A stretch of 30,391 bases of DNA from Vulcanisaeta sp. AZ3. GTDB lineage: Archaea; Thermoproteota; Thermoprotei; Thermoproteales; Thermocladiaceae. Of the stretch, positions 27,302 through 30,391 are shown piece by piece. The position numbers and the translations under genes are program-made. Under the pieces are notes generated by a model, which was not told the DNA's origin, did no database searches, and worked only from the letters and a program-made list of their open reading frames with translations. Numbering within the stretch: the first letter of the stretch is position 1; each line of letters begins with the position of its first letter. Where the stretch lies: contig JZWU02000021.1 in the NCBI GenBank assembly GCA_000960865.2, forward strand, positions 1 to 30,391. The letters are read 5' to 3'.

Positions 27302-28351
27302 ATGAGTATTGAATTATTGAGTAAATTATCTACGGAAATAGGTCCATCAGGATTTGAGGAGAGAGTGCGAAGGTTCATTAGGAGCCAGGTCAGTGACCAT
27401 GCTGATGAGGTTAAGATTGATAACATGGGCAACCTAATAGTTAGGTTAGGTAATGGTCCTCTCCGAGTACTAATTAGTGCTCATATGGATGAGGTTGGAG
27501 TTATGATATCACATATCGATCAGAGAGGTTTCTTAAGAATCGTACCAATAGGCGGCCTAGATCCCTGGGCCATCTTAGATAAAGAGTTAGTGTTCATGGG
27601 TAAGAATGGTGATGTTTTTGGCGTGGTAGGCATTGACCCCCCACACTTACGCAGAGAGAAGCCACCGACAAAATTTGAGGAATTATATGTCGATGCTGGT
27701 TTTAATTCGAGAGATGAGGCATTGAGGTTAGGTATAATACCGGGTGTTGCGGGCACCTTTGCAGGTAGCTTCAGACAGAGGGGTTCGATTATCATTGGTA
27801 AGGCCTTCGATGATAGGGTTGGTTGCTTTACATTAATCGATGTGTTGAGGAACATTAGGAATGAGGTAAGTGGTGATTTCTCTCTCTATTTCGCCTGGAA
27901 TACACAGGAGGAGGTTGGTTTAAGAGGTATTAATGCGGTTGTTAATTACGTAAATCCGCAATTAGCCTTTGTTGTAGAGACCACAGTAGCTGCTGATGTA
28001 CCAACAACGAATGAGGAATTTTGGATAACCAGTATTGGTGGTGGCGTTGCCTTGAGGGCCTTTGATAGATCAATGATAACGAACCCAAGGCTACTGTCTG
28101 TGGCTCTAGAGCTTGCGGAATCTAAGGGCATTAAATATCAGGTGCAGGTTAATCCGTACGGTGGTACTGATGCTGGTGCAATACATGTGCATAGTGTTGG
28201 TGTACCTACCCTTGTTCTATCAACACCAGCTCGCTACATACACTCACCAGTATCCGTAGTAAACCTCAATGATGTTGAGCAAGTAAGGACATTATTAAGC
28301 GAGTTATTGCTTAATGTTGATTTTATTGTGAGAAGCATCTCTGGTGATTAG
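27302..28351 (+). CDS. M42-family metalloaminopeptidase (TET/FrvX-like)
   Basis: GPSGFE, AHMDEVG, KAFDDRVG, QEEVGLRG, GGTDAG, RYIHSP. Confidence 0.93.
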   Translation: MSIELLSKLSTEIGPSGFEERVRRFIRSQVSDHADEVKIDNMGNLIVRLGNGPLRVLISAHMDEVGVMISHIDQRGFLRIVPIGGLDPWAILDKELVFMGKNGDVFGVVGIDPPHLRREKPPTKFEELYVDAGFNSRDEALRLGIIPGVAGTFAGSFRQRGSIIIGKAFDDRVGCFTLIDVLRNIRNEVSGDFSLYFAWNTQEEVGLRGINAVVNYVNPQLAFVVETTVAADVPTTNEEFWITSIGGGVALRAFDRSMITNPRLLSVALELAESKGIKYQVQVNPYGGTDAGAIHVHSVGVPTLVLSTPARYIHSPVSVVNLNDVEQVRTLLSELLLNVDFIVRSISGD

Positions 28352-28356
28352 GAGTT

Positions 28357-28812
28357 ATGGATTATGGTAAGCGCATAACAACACTAATAGGTAAGGAGCA
28401 GGCAGTTATTGGTAAAACATTCAGGCTCTACTCCATTCCAGATGAATGCAAGAAGTGTAAGTTATATAGTATTTGCGTTGCTAGGCTTAGGCTTGGTAGG
28501 GTATATAGGATTGTTGAGGTTAAGCATGTCGGTCTTCCACAACCAAGTAAGTGCCTCTTGACGGGCGAGGATATGGTGCCCATAGTGATTGAGGAGATGC
28601 CGATAACCATACCAATACCCATTAAATCATTTATGGAGGGCATTACCCTGACTTACATAAAACCTAAGGTAAATTGTGATGAGCTGAAGAGGTATATACC
28701 AAGTGAGCAAGTGATTAAGGATGGTACTAAGGTTAAGGTGATTAGGGAGGTTGGTAGAGTTAGGTGTGGGGATGGTGATTATATATTAAGCGAGGTCATG
28801 CCTCTAGATTAG
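28357..28812 (+). CDS. UPF0179-family protein
   Basis: TTLIGKEQA, ECKKCKLYSIC, LGRVYRIVEV pattern. Confidence 0.8.
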   Translation: MDYGKRITTLIGKEQAVIGKTFRLYSIPDECKKCKLYSICVARLRLGRVYRIVEVKHVGLPQPSKCLLTGEDMVPIVIEEMPITIPIPIKSFMEGITLTYIKPKVNCDELKRYIPSEQVIKDGTKVKVIREVGRVRCGDGDYILSEVMPLD

Positions 28813-28814
28813 GA

Positions 28815-29267
28815 TTAGGTAAGCATTGAGAATGCCTCTGGTGTATATACGAAGTCTTGTGGCAACTTACCGGCACGCTTATAATACTTTACTAACCTAT
28901 GAATCTTTGACTCAACAAGGTTCAATCCTCTCTCAGCACTTAAATCCTTCGGATGTTCCTCAAGGTGTCTCCTAATACGTACAGCTCTCCGTATTAAGTT
29001 CATTAAGTCCTCAGGAATTTGCGGCGCTAATCCATGTTCCTGCAACACCTCAGTTATGTCCTTACCTAATATCGGCTTAACAAGGGGTATACCATACTGA
29101 TCCCTAAGTATTACACCAATCATTGACGGCGAAAACCCTCTTTTAGCAAGCTCGATCACCAACTGCTCAACTTCCTCCTGAGTATAGGAGACCCAGGATG
29201 GAGTTGTCTTAGACACAGGCCTTGTACTTGAGCCTCTCCCATGCTTATGCCTACTACGATGAGGCAC
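28815..29267 (-). CDS. rps15: 30S ribosomal protein S15 (uS15/S13e)
   Basis: [46 protein letters not shown]; own TATA (TTTTTAAA) upstream. Confidence 0.97.
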   Translation of the reverse strand: MPHRSRHKHGRGSSTRPVSKTTPSWVSYTQEEVEQLVIELAKRGFSPSMIGVILRDQYGIPLVKPILGKDITEVLQEHGLAPQIPEDLMNLIRRAVRIRRHLEEHPKDLSAERGLNLVESKIHRLVKYYKRAGKLPQDFVYTPEAFSMLT

Positions 29268-29316
29268 GCCTAACGATTATTGAGCAAGTTTAAAAAATTA
29301 TTTGTCCCGTGCCCCA

Positions 29317-29988
29317 TCATCTAATGGCATACCTAACCATTCTCCTAATTCTCACCATGTAATTCCTAACCCTCGAAGCAAGCTCAGTACCTAATGTCTC
29401 GACATAACCATCGTAAAACGCCTTAAAGAGTTCTTGACTTTCATCCTTACGGAGAGCCTCAAGAGATCTAAGCATAACATTCAAATCAATACCCATCTTA
29501 TACAGAGCTCTTGAATCTTCAAGACTTGGTCTCCTACCTAGGAATTCGCTTAATCCAAAGTCTATCATGTAAAGCTTACTATCAACCACCAAGGCGTTAG
29601 CCGGCGTTGGATCGCCATGCATAACACCATCACTGTGAAGCAAACCTAAATATCCACCCATTATCCTTAAGTAATTAAGTACGTCATTGGTTACACCAGC
29701 CATAAGTAATTTAACCAATGGTATATCCCTCAGATACTCCATTCTAATCCTCATATTCACTAAATCAGCATCAAAGACCCTAGGCACCGGGATTCCTAAT
29801 TCTGCTGCCCTAATCATTGCCCGAGCCTCGTTTATAGTCCTTAACTTACGTAAATAATTATCAAACTCAATTCTCCTATACCCCTTTGGCACTCTCTCCT
29901 TAACCAATACCGTAATCCCTAACCAATTTTCAAGATATAGAACTGCCTCGGCACCTATGGCGATAACTCTACGTTCCATCGTTCTCAT
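29317..29988 (-). CDS. bud32: KEOPS kinase Bud32 (start 29988 or 29979)
   Basis: IGAEA, KERVPKGYR, RTINEAR, MEYL, HGDPTPAN, IDFGLS, C-terminal RY. Confidence 0.9.
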   Translation of the reverse strand: MRTMERRVIAIGAEAVLYLENWLGITVLVKERVPKGYRRIEFDNYLRKLRTINEARAMIRAAELGIPVPRVFDADLVNMRIRMEYLRDIPLVKLLMAGVTNDVLNYLRIMGGYLGLLHSDGVMHGDPTPANALVVDSKLYMIDFGLSEFLGRRPSLEDSRALYKMGIDLNVMLRSLEALRKDESQELFKAFYDGYVETLGTELASRVRNYMVRIRRMVRYAIR

Positions 29989-30010
29989 GAAGAATCTAAA
30001 TATAATGTTT

Positions 30011-30391
30011 TTATGCCTTAGCTATTGCCTCCTTCGATTTCTCAATCGCTGTCCTCATTACCTCGGCTATATCGAGGATCTTCATTCTCTCCACACCCTT
30101 AACTCTAGCTGCATCTGTTAGCATTGCATTACAGAATGGACATAGCGTCACAATAGTATCTGCGCCAGTATCCATCAGCTGCTCAAGCCTAATATGACTA
30201 ATTCTCCTTTTCTCGGGTACATCATACCAGTAATTGGCACCACCAGCACCGCAACAGAAAGTTTGGGCTCCATGATTCTTTGGTTCCCTTAGCTTACCCA
30301 TCGTTTCAGCTAACTCTCTCTGTGGGTTAACAATACCGTTATACCTAGCTAAGTAGCAAGGATCATGTATTGTGAATACAATATTATCTCT
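30011..30391 (-). CDS. CCG-domain Fe-S oxidoreductase (HdrD/GlpC-like), C-terminal part; 5' end outside window
   Basis: Frame open to the window edge: TIHDPCYLARYNG, FCCGAGG, TLCPFC, LDIAE. Confidence 0.9.
   Translation of the reverse strand, partial: RDNIVFTIHDPCYLARYNGIVNPQRELAETMGKLREPKNHGAQTFCCGAGGANYWYDVPEKRRISHIRLEQLMDTGADTIVTLCPFCNAMLTDAARVKGVERMKILDIAEVMRTAIEKSKEAIAKA

Noticed and set aside
408-28643. Remaining short ORFs nested in or antisense to annotated genes (e.g. 662-913, 3921-4301, 7571-7933, 17130-17474, 27520-27855)
   Set aside because: They overlap well-supported genes and carry no recognisable motifs.
1-30391. CRISPR array, rRNA or transposase
   Set aside because: No regularly spaced repeats, long GC-rich structural RNA or transposase motifs were seen.

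Overview
Gene-dense archaeal chromosome segment. Class I LysRS, eS1/uS15, Pcc1/Bud32, archaeal-type GAPDH, a tetraether synthase and TATA-led, apparently leaderless genes point to a crenarchaeote, probably Thermoproteales (Vulcanisaeta/Caldivirga-like); that placement is an inference. Left to right: 3' part of a Cdc48/VCP AAA ATPase; a hexapeptide-repeat acyltransferase; two uncharacterised coiled-coil proteins and a small membrane protein; lysS; a MoaD/SAMP ubiquitin-like protein; an intronless tRNA-Glu(TTC); a starch/maltodextrin cluster (GH13, ABC binding protein, two permeases, secreted GH57, no ATPase); three small genes; a four-subunit 2-oxoacid:ferredoxin oxidoreductase; serS; a TrmB-family regulator head-to-head with a Tes/GDGT-MAS radical SAM enzyme; a degenerate RecJ/DHH-like gene with pcc1 and rps3ae; dim2; pgk-gap; M42 peptidase; UPF0179; rps15; bud32; and the 3' end of a CCG-domain Fe-S oxidoreductase. 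I found no CRISPR array, rRNA or recognisable mobile element. Best leads: the coiled-coil pair near cdc48, a MalF gene that appears to start at ACG, the TrmB/tes divergon, a split rps15-RecJ-pcc1-rps3ae operon, and palindromic operator candidates.
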